A DNA stretch of 64,000 nucleotides from Octopus vulgaris (lineage: Eukaryota). The stretch lies in NCBI GenBank assembly GCA_951406725.2, contig OX597814.1, positions 20,336,001 to 20,400,000 on the forward strand. The letters are read 5' to 3'. The translations under genes and the position numbers were made by a program. Under the pieces are notes generated by a model. The model was not told the DNA's origin. It saw nothing but the letters and a program-made list of their open reading frames with translations, and did not search any database. Below are positions 38,069 through 50,689 of the stretch, piece by piece. Numbering within the stretch: position 1 is the first letter of the stretch; the number at the start of each line of letters is the position of its first letter.

Positions 38069-38384
38069 ATCTTTCATTATCTGTCACAAGATCCCTTCCT
38101 CCAATGCCTCACCTCTCAAGGTGCCATGTAAAAAGCATCCAGTCCACACTGTAAAGTGGTTGGCATTTGGAAGAGCATGCCAAAACTGACCTTGCCTGTG
38201 CTGGTGCTACATATGAAAATGTAGTCAATATGGTTTGTGTGCCTACTAGATTGATAGTTGATCAGGTGGTTGGCAGATTTCTTGCAGATCAACAAGTCAT
38301 TTGACTAGCAGCCTTGCTTCCACCTCATTTATAGAACCAAAGCTGTAACCTGTATGTACATCATAAGTTTCTTTTCAATTTCTT

Positions 38385-38616
38385 ATTTCTTTATTGCCCA
38401 AAAGGGGCTAAACACAGAGGGGAGAAACAAAGACATACAAATGGATTAAGTCGATTATATCAATCCCAGTGCATAACTGGTACTTATTTAATCGATCCTG
38501 AAAGGATGAAAGGCAAAGTCGACCTCGGCAGAATTTGAGCTCAGAAAGTAGCGGCAGACGAAATACTACTAAGCATATTGCCCGGCGTGCTAACGTTTCT
38601 ACCAGCTCGCCGCCTT
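38385..38616 (-). mobile_element. SINE family B
   Basis: near-intact reverse copy; ttcttttcaatttct repeated on both flanks. Confidence 0.88.
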
Positions 38617-39218
38617 CCAATTCTTTTCAATTTCTGCATATCAAATTCACTCAAGCTTTGGTCAATCCAGGAAATAGTAGATGACATTTGCTCAAGGTAT
38701 GATGCAGAAGGATTGAACCTAACGGCAGCACACCTGTTTCTAACCTCATTCTTGATCACTCCCTCCTCTTGCTTTTCCTTCTGGCTCAGTAACCAAGTAT
38801 CTCCTTTACATCAGCACCTGTTTCTGTCCTCTTTCTTGTACCTTTTTCTTCCACTCTCTCTCCCCTTTCTCCCTCTCTTTCTCTTCTCTCTCTCCCTTTT
38901 CTCCTCTCTCTTCTCCCCTTTTTCTTTTTAACTTTTTAACCACTTAACCATGCCTGCACCTATTTCTTTTACTTTTTTTCTTATTATCAGAAGAAGAAGT
39001 CATGAAATCTGTGATTCTATGCTCCTTCATTAAGGAATGTTTGCTGTTGATGTCTTCAGTATATTTCAAAGTGAAGAATACATACCAGGAGACAAAAGAA
39101 TGCTCTTAATCATCAGATATCCTTAGTGTCTTGACTTACACAAAATTTACTTCAATCATGCATTGAAAACATTACCAAACATTAAATAATACAGGAGTTA
39201 CATACTCAGATAAATTTG

Positions 39219-39224
39219 TTTATT
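39219..39224 (-). terminator. candidate polyadenylation signal of RENBP
   Basis: AATAAA on the - strand ~40 nt downstream of the stop. Confidence 0.45.
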
Positions 39225-39264
39225 CAGAAAGATATAAATTGCTTAAAACTATTTTGAGGAAAAT

Positions 39265-39344
39265 TTAGTTTCCTGGTTTTTTGTTCAACACTTCTTGTAG
39301 TAATTTTTCACATATCATTAAACTTCGTGGAAGATGGTAACACC
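39265..39344 (-). CDS. RENBP: RENBP-like terminal exon 9
   Basis: ccccag|GG; GCYHLPRSLMICEKLL...* (second catalytic His, cf. GCFHVPR); the 9 exons total 1212 nt = 403 aa + stop. Confidence 0.93.
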
Positions 39345-39589
39345 CTGGGGAATAAATAGAAGATGAAGAAAATATAGAGAGCTACAATAACTTTACATAG
39401 AGGTGCATATCTTATTAAGGAATACACAAGATGTGTCTGAAATCATTTGCCATTTTGCATGCAAACCAGAAGCACCGGCTTTCAAATTAGTCTAAGTTCT
39501 GAATTTCTTTTGTTGATAAATATGTGGTCTCACAGTGCAATCATTTTACATTATCCTTCATATCCCTCAGATTCCTTTAATGATTGCAA

Positions 39590-39773
39590 AATGGTATTTG
39601 GTCTGTCTTTATGTTCTGAGTTCAAATCCCACTGAGATTGACTTTGCCTTTCATCCTTTTGAGGTCTATAAAATAAATACCAGTTGAACACTGGAGTCGA
39701 AGTAATCAACTTGTCCTCTCCCCCAAAATTGCTGCCCTTGTGGCAAAATTTGAAACCATTATTATTATTGTTG

Positions 39774-39839
<66 letters not shown>

Positions 39840-39850
39840 GCAGCAGCAGC
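39590..39850 (+). mobile_element. SINE family B with long (TAT)n tail
   Basis: gagttcaaatcccactgagattgactttgcctttcatcc; (TAT)n at ~39775-39839. Confidence 0.75.
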
Positions 39851-40059
39851 AGCAAACTGGCAGAATTGTTACTGCACTGGACAAAATGCTTACCAGCATT
39901 TTTTCTGAATTTACATTCTAAGATTAAATGCCACTGGAGTTAACTTTCCCTTTCATCTTTTCAGGGTTGATAAAATAAGTACCAATTATTATGATTAGTA
40001 AATTATAACATATTGTTTCTATTATTATTATTATTATCATTATTATTATTATTAGTTGT

Positions 40060-41945
40060 TGTTGTAGTAAATAATGTATCTTGTTAGTGTTAAGTTACTT
40101 TTTAATTCTCTAGTAGCTTGCTCATAACAAAGCTGGTCTCACCCGAGAAGAAATTAGTGTTGTGTTGGAAGCCAGAAAATCTATTATAAAATTTGATAAG
40201 TTGTGGGTCTGTAAAGACACACCAGATAGCTTTGATGTAACAATGGGAAGTTCTGATTCAGCACAAATAGCTGATTTAGCCTGTATTTATATACTTTTTG
40301 AAAAGGCAGAACAGTTCCTTAACATTTATGGAGGTCTATATCGTGATGATTGTTTACTTTACCTCCAAAATGTTTCCAACCATAAGGTACAAAAAGTTAA
40401 GAATAGTTTAGTTAAATTTTTTTGTAGAATGGGCTTAAACATCGTTTTTGATGGCGATATGATGAAGGCCAACATTTTAGATATTACGCTTAATTTACAC
40501 AATAACTCTTATTTCCCATATCATAAACCATTGACCAATCTTAAGTACATTAGCAAATTTAGTAATCATTCTAAGGCAATTACTAAGAACTTGGTTAAGA
40601 ATATTTCATTTAGATTATCTAAATTATCTGCTAATGTTGACATTTTCAATGATAATGCTGAATTTTATAACTCTGCCTTACTTAAAGCAGGTTATATGGA
40701 GAAAATTTTCTACATAGATTCTATTCAGTCTTATTCTAACTTCAATAATGTAGATATGAAATCTAGTTGTAAAAGAATTATTGATAACAAACATAACTTA
40801 TGAACCGATACAAAGCAGAGGAAGGGAGATAACCCTTATTTAATCCCCTATTATCATTCTAAAAGTAAATGTAAGACTTTCAAACATAATTACACTAAAA
40901 ATAAGATAAAAAATAGTAGTAAAAATATTTGGTTCATAGTTCCATATGGGAGACAAATTAAATCTAATCTCCCACTGCAATTTCGTCAAGCTATTGTTAA
41001 GAATTTTCCAAAGAATTCTAGGTATTACTCTCTTATCTATTCACATACGGTTAGGATTGGTTTTTCCAACACAAAAATATCTTTTACAAATTATCTCTTC
41101 CCATAATAAGAAACTGTTAAATATTAATACATTTACTAATACTAACATTAATTTAGCTAATATCGTCCATCCCTCTAGAAATATTAATAACAAGGTTATT
41201 GTATCTGAAGTCAATTCCAACTGAATTAAGTTTATGTCAAGTAACTCTGAAATTAAAAATTCTATATACCAGTGTATAATCAATACTCATAATAAAGTAT
41301 GATTTTACATTGGAAGCACATCGTTAGAGTTATCTAAAAGAATTTCTATCCATTACTCAGCATTTAGGGATAGGAATAAATGTAACAGTACTGGGCTCAG
41401 TAAATTAATTTGGGATCTAAAAGACCACAATGAACATTTTAATTTAGAATGGTTGATTCTCTCAATCTTGATACCTTATGACAAAAGCAAGGAATTCTGT
41501 CTTCTCTGTAATTCTGAACTATTTTTCATTATTTTTTCTAAAAATCCCCTCGTAAACACAGTTATAGAGTATGCATACCGATGTAAACATTGGCAAAAAC
41601 ACACCTTTAGTTCATATAAGTAATCTTTATCATTATACATAATTTAAACATTAATTTTCTTTTATATTTAACATTCACTACAAATATCCCTCCTCTTTTG
41701 ATAGGCTACTTCTGACATTACATCATATAACGTTTTTTCAAACAATATTAATAGCATTCAGTAAATCACTAGACATATCCATCATTTTCTGTTAAAATGT
41801 CTTATTGACAAGTTTCGTTTTTACCCTTCCCTGAAGAGAAGATTGCATTGTTTTATACCATTTATTCTTTTGAATAATATCAGTGAAATCTTCGAAACAT
41901 GTGTCGAAAGTAAAAGCATCTGATTTATACCTGCATTAAACTCCA
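40060..41945 (+). mobile_element. Penelope-like element: RT + C-terminal GIY-YIG + hammerhead motif
   Basis: ORF 40162-40803 FDVTMGSSDSAQIADL...GGLYRDD...NILDITLNL...YHKP; 41260-41620 IYQC...*FYIGST...KR...H...CLLC..E...CKH; hammerhead core at 41831-41905; flanked by (TAT)n and (TA)n. Confidence 0.85.
41820..41915 (+). ncRNA. type I hammerhead ribozyme motif (PLE-associated)
   Basis: CTGAAGA (41831) - helix II gaagatt/aatcttc - GAAAC ATGT GTC (cleavage after 41905); imperfect helix I ttttacccttcc/gaaagtaaaa. Confidence 0.72.
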
Positions 41946-42954
41946 TTTATATATATATATATATATATCAAATTAAGGGAGATGGAACAGGTAAAATCCA
42001 GTCTACATATGTTCCTAGCTAGCTGATTTTCTGATGTAATAATTACTCAACGAGAGGTATTTAGCTTGCTATTCATCGGACCAAGGATATTTTAATGATA
42101 CGAAGGTTATATTGTCATTTGGGAATTCCAAGTTAACTCACTATTGATGTAATTTGAAATTACCAACATTTTAAATTACATGAGGTATGATGGAATCTAC
42201 TAGATTCCTCATGGACAAGAAACATAGGTAACAGTGATGGGATGGGTGGTATAAGCATATTATTGGTATAGAAATTAGTAGATAGAGTGATTGAGGTAGT
42301 CAGGGTGTGTGATATATGTATTTCTTACATCCATCTTACATTCTCAATATCACCTCATAACACGATCACATATTAGCCATTGACCACCATCCCATCTTTG
42401 TTCATCACTCTCTCTAAATTAATTCCTACATACCTCTAATCTCTGACCTTGTCACTGAGCACCTTTCCCTCTCCATCCCCAAACTTCACATCATTTCCCT
42501 ATTTCTCATCTATAGTTTTATTATAATTCTGCTATTTACCCCCACCTTTTCTGTACTACCACTTATCAACCCCCTCCTTCCTGATCCATTCCTATTTCCT
42601 TCACCTTCTCTCCAAGGTGCCATATTTTCTCTCCTATTTGCCATTCACTGCATCACTTATATCCCTACCTCTAATCATCAGTCTCTCACCTCACACTTAT
42701 GTGAACTTACCTAATCCTCTATCCCTATCCCCTTTACCTCTTCTTTTGTCCTCATCCTCTTCTTGTACCTTGAGGATACATCCTGCCACTTAATTATCAC
42801 CATCTTGTCTCCTTTTCCAGCTGGGATAGCCATGTATCTCTTCTACAGCAAGACACCTGTTCTTATCTCTCTATCATGCTCTTGTCTCTTAAAAGAAAGC
42901 ATAAGCCACATCTCTCAGTACAACACCCCATCAATCAAGGAATCACACACACAC

Positions 42955-43260
42955 CATCATCATCATCATCATCATTTAACAGCCACTTTCCATACTGGCA
43001 TGAGTTAGATGGTTTGACTGGAACTGGCAAGCCAGAGAACTACACTAGGTTCCAGTCTAATCTGGCATGGTTTCTATGGCTGGATGCCTTCCTAATGCCA
43101 ACCAATCCAAGAATGTAATGGGTACTTTTTATGTGCCACCAGCATGGTTGCTTTTATTTTCCACTGGCACGGGTGCCAATTATGTGACACCAGCATCAGC
43201 CATGACTATGATTTCGCTTGGCTTGATGAGTTTTCTCACGCACAGCACATTGCCAAAGTT
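42955..43260 (-). mobile_element. family C retroposon / RTE 3' end
   Basis: (CAT)n start, ctggatgccttcctaatgccaacc, tttttatgtgccacc. Confidence 0.75.
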
Positions 43261-43560
43261 CTCACTATGTGTAAACATTCTTAGTTCACACATAGTGAGA
43301 TTTTGTGTACATAAAAGCATAATAAACCAAATACTACTGGCTTAACACTAATGCCTAAACACTATATTCCCCTGTGATACAAATGGTGGTATGTTGATAT
43401 TTCAAAACAATACTGAAGAAAGCTTTCTTAGATGTCTTTCCTTCTGTAGCTATGCTCATAATTCTTTGCAACCCAACTACTGCAACCATGTCATTCCATA
43501 ATAAAATTGCATCAATGTCAATTTCTCTAAAGTTAAAACAACACAGTACAGTTTTCTTAC

Positions 43561-43648
43561 CTTTGAACATTCCTCCTTTAAAATTCTGGCTGACTTGACC
43601 TTCTTGCTTGAGGTAACCAAACCATTCCCCATAATCTGGGTCACTAAA
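43561..43648 (-). CDS. RENBP: RENBP-like exon 8
   Basis: FSDPDYGEWFGYLKQEG...KGGMFKG; ttttcag / G|gtaaga; phase 0-1. Confidence 0.95.
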
Positions 43649-43930
43649 CTGAAAATATCAATACACACACAAACATAAGTTCAATTAGGTATATAACCTG
43701 GGTATTTACTGTATTAAGCACATATATGGTTGTTTTCTGCCACAAAATTGGAAATTAAAGATCATTCATTCTCTCAGACAGAATATCCATTGAGTGTCTA
43801 TAATGAAAAATATTTTTAAAAACAGAATTGCAGTTCACCTTATTTTAGAAGCTTACTACATTGTTCTGTCATATTTTCTGGAGATATATGATATATTTTA
43901 AAAATTCGTTTGAAGCAATAAAATACTCAC

Positions 43931-44238
43931 ATGTGTAATTCCATAATCAAAGATTGTTGCAAATGTGTGCAAATAGTGATCTTTTTCTGTATATTTATAA
44001 GCCATTAAGAAAGCTATCATGCTTTCACAGAGAGGCCACCAAAGTTTCATATTCCATTCTAATTGCATAGGTGAGAGGCCATTTGCATCTAAAAAGTAGA
44101 AAAGACCTCCATTTTCCTTGTCCCAGCCTGTTTGGAATGGCTGTTCAATCAATGACATTAGGGCAGTTTCTTTGAGTGAGTTATTGCTTGTTTGAACTGC
44201 ATATCTCAAGAGAAACCATCCTGCTTCAATTGCATGAC
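43931..44238 (-). CDS. RENBP: RENBP-like exon 7
   Basis: GHAIEAGWFLL (catalytic His/Glu)...GWDKENGGLFYFLD...QLEWNMKLWWP; cttcag / CAT|gtgagt; phase 1-0. Confidence 0.97.
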
Positions 44239-44479
44239 CTGAAGAGAAATTAATCATTCAAAATAAAGAAATTAAAATTATATATATTTTTTGAAATCAA
44301 GTGAATAAGAGCATAGCCTTCCATAACCCACTGACTTGAACCAGTAAAAGAGAAAAGCCTTATTGAAAACGTTTTGCCTTGATTTTCATGGTTTAGAAGA
44401 GGATGGATAGTCTCTATGACCCACACTAGGATCTCCAAGACTGGTGAGCTGAAGAAACTATGTTTGTATGAGTTTGTAT

Positions 44480-44870
44480 GAGGGGTGTTCCCAACACACT
44501 TAATGGTACAACAGTAGGTAAACAATACTTTTATTTAAATTTTATTGTATTTTTCAACAATTACTTTTATTCTTCAAGTCATCATTTCTTTCAATTTGCT
44601 TTTTGTGGTACAATTTCTTTTTACCATTTATAACTATCTGTCTTGCTCAATCAACCACTCTTCTGTAGCCAACTGAAGTTTTTCATCACAAAAGAATTGT
44701 CTACTCTTAAAATGGTGCTTCAAATTTGAAAACCAGGAAAAATCACAGATGGCAAGATGCGGAGAAAAGATTGAGTGAGACAGCTTTTCAAAATTGTCTT
44801 CATAAATGGCAGTGTTTGACATTTGAGTCATGTGAGCTGATGCATTATCATGAAGAATAAAATATTGAAA
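44480..44870 (-). pseudogene. mariner transposase 3' fragment
   Basis: - strand HDNASAH...FSPHLAICDFSWFSNLK (decayed YSPDLAPSDF motif). Confidence 0.6.
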
Positions 44871-46337
44871 GCAATAAAGTAGTCAAATAAAGCAACAATT
44901 TGATGGGCTTGATTCTTTGATCAAGTGACCTGTTGTGTCTGTGAGCAAGGCTCTTCATTTTGCATTGGTTCAGTCTACTCAACTGAAAATTAATACCAGC
45001 AACAACCAGGGTGAAGTGGGGGTTATCTTGTGCTAGACAGCATCCGATTCAGGGTCAGTCATGTACTCTCAGTCACTTAAATGTCACAGAAACTGGGATA
45101 AGTTCCAACCAAACAGACCTGTAGGCTTGAGACAGACTTTAATCTTTTAATTAAGATTTGTAGTATAGCACTGGAAATGGTTAGTGTTCTGTACAAGATT
45201 GAGTGATGAATGAATTGTATTATCTTGAATATCATTGAGCTATAACTGAGAGTGATGTGTTTACTATTATATTAAATAATGCAGTTATTTGTTTAATATA
45301 TTATACTGAGTGATGTATGCATTTCACTCTAATTACACTTTGTTATGTTATGTGATTAAAATATGTTTTTTTTTTGTGTTGCACTATTGAATACTGTCTG
45401 GTATAGAACTTTACTTTGTGCTGCTATAGTTTGTGGTAAAACACAGTCAATGTTATTTTGCATCTTAGAAATTTCATTGAAGTTACTACCACAGAATGCA
45501 GAAGTTCTACAATCATCAACTAACAAGGTATCTTCAATGAAGTGGTTGCCAACTTGCTAGAAATAGTTACCAAATGTCCTTTAAAAATATTGCAGCAAAG
45601 AATGCCAGTTCTTCTAATTTATCACTCTTTACAGTTCTCATCTTTTAAATTTATTGTACAAAACTATTCAGATAATTTGTATGATTGTCTAATTAGTCAC
45701 TTTTTTCTGTATTTAAGGTAGTAAATTAGCCAAATTCTACTTAAATAAGTATAGTGTTATTTGTAAACTATAATAAAATAATTTTTAATATTCAAATTTT
45801 AATTTTAGCTGCAATATTTTAAGTAAAAAGTTTCTTATTCTTTACATTACTAGAAGTAATAGCTTGTCCTATATTTTTCCAGGTGTAATAACCTGTCTTG
45901 TACTTTTCCTGGTTTATAATCTTAAGAATATTACTTTTCATGCTCGCATTTTTCCATGTAATCCATGATTTTTCCAGGCATTGCTATTATAAGATAATTA
46001 ATAATGTGTCAATAATACTTTAAGATTTTAATTTATAAAATACTGAAAGATAATATTTCAATTTTTCCATGTAAGTGATGATAATATTTCAATTTTTTCA
46101 TGTTTAATTTAAATACATGTTGTGATTGAATTATTTGATATTACCCATCCACACCAAATTAATGGTAGGGATTTTTACCATGCTCTTGGTTGCACTATGG
46201 CTCACCAAAAGTTACAAACAACAAGACCTCAAAACTATCAGTTACCAGGCTCACCTTAAGTAAACTACATTTTGAGTGGGTGATAATAGCAGACAGCTGC
46301 TAATCTAGATCTATCAATAATTATTCAATACAACTGT

Positions 46338-46580
46338 AATTTATGGGGGCAGGAATATAGTCATTTTGGGGCAGATATACACAAGTTAAAATTACCTACA
46401 TCCCATTAATATAAATTTGATTTATGAAAAATCCCTTTTAATTAATTTTGAAATTTAAAAAGTAAATTTAGTATATAAGTACTTTTAACCAATGCCTTTT
46501 CTGGACAGCCTTACTACATGACTTCAGGTCTGCCATAGAGACTCAGCCCCAAAATGACTATATTCCTGCTCCCATAAATT
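46338..46580. repeat. 35-bp inverted repeat pair (MITE-like)
   Basis: aatttatgggggcaggaatatagtcattttggggc (46338-46372) vs gccccaaaatgactatattcctgctcccataaatt (46546-46580), 1 mismatch. Confidence 0.8.
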
Positions 46581-47348
46581 TAGATGCACATATCTGAAGC
46601 ATATAATACATTAATGAACTAGTCTGATTAAATTATTAACTAAAAAGAAAAGGAAAGAAACTAAAAAGGAAAAGCAAAAAAAAAAAGCAGAAAGCAAGTT
46701 AATTAAAGCTGAAAGAGAAAATTAATAAGTTAAATTTAACATAATTCAGCAGCATATTAAAAATAACTTTATTAAAAAAATGAGATATACGAAAGGATGA
46801 AAGGTAAAGTTGACCTCAGTAGAATTTGAACTCAGAACAAAAAGACAGACAAAATACCACTAAGCATTTTGCTTAGCACACTAACATTTCTGCCAACTCA
46901 CCATGTTGGAATGTAAATATTCATTTTTGAAATATATTCTTATCTTAACATTATTGCTTGGAGTGTTACTTCTTACTTCCTCACTTATTGACATGAAATT
47001 TCATGACATTTCACCTCATAAATTTTTTAATACTAATTTTTGCTCAATGCAATTAACAATTCTGAAGTTCTCATGCATTTTTCTATCATTTAGACCTAAG
47101 AAAAGTATGCTTTTATTTTAAAATAAAAAAAATTCTGTTAAGTGAAGATGAATAGATGCCTTACTGCCCACCTTTAGACCTCAAATATTTTGATGTAACT
47201 TTTTCTACTGAACCAAATCTCAAACTATTTATGCCAAAGTGTAGCTGAGGAGGTGTCCTCTTTAAAACTGTTAACAGTTTGCAATTTAGTTGAGAACTGA
47301 ATTAGTGGTGGAGTTTGGAAGCTGCTGCGATTGATGAAATGGTGGACT

Positions 47349-48405
47349 TGTAGCGTACCTTTAGTGAAATTCATCCTTTCTCTCTGACATATATAACACA
47401 AATATGGATATAGCAGATAACAGTTAACCTTTAGCCACTTGGGCCCTGTTGTGTCCACTACTCTGATTCGTTGGTTTTAGTGCAGTTTGTCTCTTGCTTT
47501 ATTTCACGCCAATGTGCGATCCAACCAATCACAGCCTTCTGATAAGGTCCCGTGACACTGTCTTCTAAATTCTCTTCTGGAGCCTCCTATTTGCTACAAA
47601 ACCCAGCGATTCATCAAATTGAGCGTCTTTGGTTCTCACCACTGACCACAGAACACAGCCAGTTCCAGCGACAGACAACACCAGCAGTATTCAGAACCGC
47701 CACCACCATCGCCTTCATCTTAACATCGCCTTCAATCTTAACGTTGTCTCTACCACCATCGCCTTCATCTCAATGACGCCACATCCATTCGCCCAGGTTT
47801 AACTTCACGCTGTTTGTGAATGCTTCACCATGGTTAACAGCTAGCTCAACCTGCGAGAATTTCCTGTATCAAGTAACCCGGCACAGCATGGAAGCCACAA
47901 CTGCTTCACGACATGTGTTCAACCGGCCTCTGACTTATGACCTCAACTTCTTTGTTACAGAACTTCTACTATTGTGTATCTTACTACAAACTGGTATTTA
48001 TCTACATCTTGTGTGAGCTACTTCTAGCGTCTTGATAGACTCATTCTATGCTCTGTATTTTATCTCACACACATACACATTATTGTATGCTTGATGGCCT
48101 TAGTGTTCTTATTATATATGTACTTATGACGCACACACACAGACACACTATGTATGCTTGACGGCCTGTCTATTATTATTGTTCTTATCTTGTATGTACT
48201 TATTTTGCACTCACGGACACACACTCTGCGAACATCTAAATAAAACATTTCTCTTACATTCTCCAGTTGTGTCATCTTCTCTTTATTCCTTTCTGGTACT
48301 TGAATACATTTATCCATATTTTAGCTTTTATTGTAAGGCAACCGTGCATTGTGTTTAAAGGAGTCATTCATTTGTCACCTCTCCTTTTCACATGGTCTTT
48401 CTACA
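47349..48405. mobile_element. solo LTR (Gypsy-like)
   Basis: TGTAG...CTACA termini, 4-bp TSD gact on both sides, internal AATAAA near 48240, higher GC than flanks. Confidence 0.72.
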
Positions 48406-48802
48406 GACTTAAGAATATATTCAACCACTACCATGGTTGAATGATACAAACATTATATAATGAAAATATGCCTTCAATTTGAACTATTCCAAAGGCAATA
48501 AAAATTAAATATATATGTATTTACAAATAATATTTATTTTAAAATAATCAGTTGTAATTTAAGTAATTAAATAACACCCTTTGCATTATATTTTCACTGT
48601 ATACATAAGTGGTCATGAATCTTGTCCTTCAACAACTTATAAATTTGTGTGAATCATTGACAGAGGAGAAATTTGTCACTGACCATAAGACTACAGCATT
48701 GAGTTGTGTTATTGAACATTCTAGATAAAGTTGATTAGAAAACTTGAACGGTTCAGTGCAACAGCCACATCTCCCTAAAGAAACTTTTCTATCACACAGC
48801 TT

Positions 48803-49225
48803 TCATCATCATCATCATCATCATCATCATCGTTTAGCGTCCGTTTTCCGCGCTAGCACGGGTTGGACGGTTCGACCGGGGTCTGGAAAGCCAGGGGCTG
48901 CACCAGGCTCCAGTCTGATCTGGCAGTGTTTCTACAGCTGGATGCCCTTCCTAACGCCAACCACTCTGCGAGTGTAGTGGGTGCTTTTTACGTGCCACTG
49001 CACAGGTGCCAGGGGAGTCTGGCATTGGCCATGATCAGTTGGTGCTTTTAACGTGCCACCGGCACGGAAGCCAGCCAAGGCGGCGCTGGCATCAGCCACG
49101 TTCGGATGGTGCTTTTTATGTGCCACCGGCACAGAAGCCAGTCGAGGCGGTGCTGGCATTGGCCACGTTCGGATGGTGCTTTTTATGTGCCACCGGCACA
49201 GAAGCCAGTCGAGGCAGCACTGGCA
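48803..49225 (-). mobile_element. family C retroposon with 67-bp tandem array
   Basis: (CAT)n, then units starting ggtgctttt at 48980, 49041, 49108, 49175. Confidence 0.88.
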
Positions 49226-49451
49226 ACAAAAATATTTGGACATAAACACCCACTGGAAGAACAAGTAAATTATGGTAAGAAAGACCTCCTTTATATAAGC
49301 TGTTCTGTGATATGTAGCAACTAAGATTAAGGACTGTCAAGAATATAATGTTTAAACAATAGAAGTTATGTAACATATATAGTAAAATTTCTAACTATTC
49401 ATAGACAGAAGGAAAAAATTTTACAACAACCAAGGAACATATTTTTCTTAC

Positions 49452-49533
49452 CAGGGTTCATTAATCGGCCCACACTTCCAGGTAACTCTTCTCCTTCCAA
49501 TGATATATTTTCCAACACAACAAATCCTTGCCT
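49452..49533 (-). CDS. RENBP: RENBP-like exon 6
   Basis: RQGFVVLENISLEGEELPGSVGRLMNPG; ttgatag / G|gtaaga; phase 0-1. Confidence 0.93.
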
Positions 49534-50689
49534 CTATCAAGACATTTTTTAAAAAATGATTTATGTTAATTCATAACTGAACCTGTTAATGTCATTTCAG
49601 CATGGGACCACTCTGATGTCATTTTTTACATGGGATTAAAATCCAAGTTGGTAGGTATGCTGTAATCTATGGATTTACCTTATACCTTTACCTGCATTAA
49701 TCTCTTTAAATCTTTTCTATCACATAAGAAATAATATATTGGCATTTTTGGCCATTTAAGTAATTAGCTGAATTTTCAGAATCTTTTCAAATTATTCATA
49801 TCAGAACATTTTAAAACAAAGAGCAAATGGAAAAATGATGTCAGGGGATGAGGGTAAATGAAGTTTATGAATCAATAAATTATGGCTCAAATATTGATAA
49901 TGCAGTAGTTGCAGACACTACAGATGGTAAGACTAGATTCTTAGTAGTATCCAACTTGATGCTTTACATTTCCAAATTCAATTCTTGCCAAAAACAACTT
50001 CAAATTTCATTCCTATTAGGTCAATAAAATAACTTGTGTGGTCCAAGTCACATAACTTAACTTACACTTCTTGAAAAATCAAGACCTAGGGGCTTAGTTA
50101 AAAATAATTCTTTCCATATAATTCATTACTGTGAATTCCAGAGTTTACTTTAGCTGATTTTGTCTGTGTATAATAGTTTCAATTCACTTAACATTCATTA
50201 GTAGTTGTTACAGACAGCTCAACTGAGAACTAGGACTCAGTACAGCAGACACCCCAGAGTTATCCTTCACCATCAGTTATGTCTGACCTAGCAGAAGAAG
50301 CTGCTTTTAAATTACATTGTAATACTATTCTGAATGTTTGCAGACTTGAATGGGATTTATCATGAAGCCACTAGTGTTGAGTTTTCATGAGACATTCTAC
50401 AGCATAGTAGTCCATTGGAATTGAGGTCTATAAGTACAATCTGGAATAACATATTGTCCTTTGAGAAGTAGTATTTCTTCAAGTTAGTTATGACGGAAAT
50501 TATAAGACTAACTCTCATTTCACAATTGAGTAGTTTAGGTGATCCAATTATACAAAATATGCGCTCAAGTTTACATCAAAATCTGAGGAAGCAAACTATG
50601 CTAACATGAAAAAACCGATGTGGAATTGCTAAACAAAGAAAAATAATCATTCCAAACAACATAAAATGTTAAAAATTTTTTTTGATCAT

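Noticed and set aside
48975-49225. Repeat-spacer-like array resembling CRISPR
   Set aside because: The spacers are homologous to each other, the array is part of a dispersed retroposon tail, the context is eukaryotic and there are no cas genes
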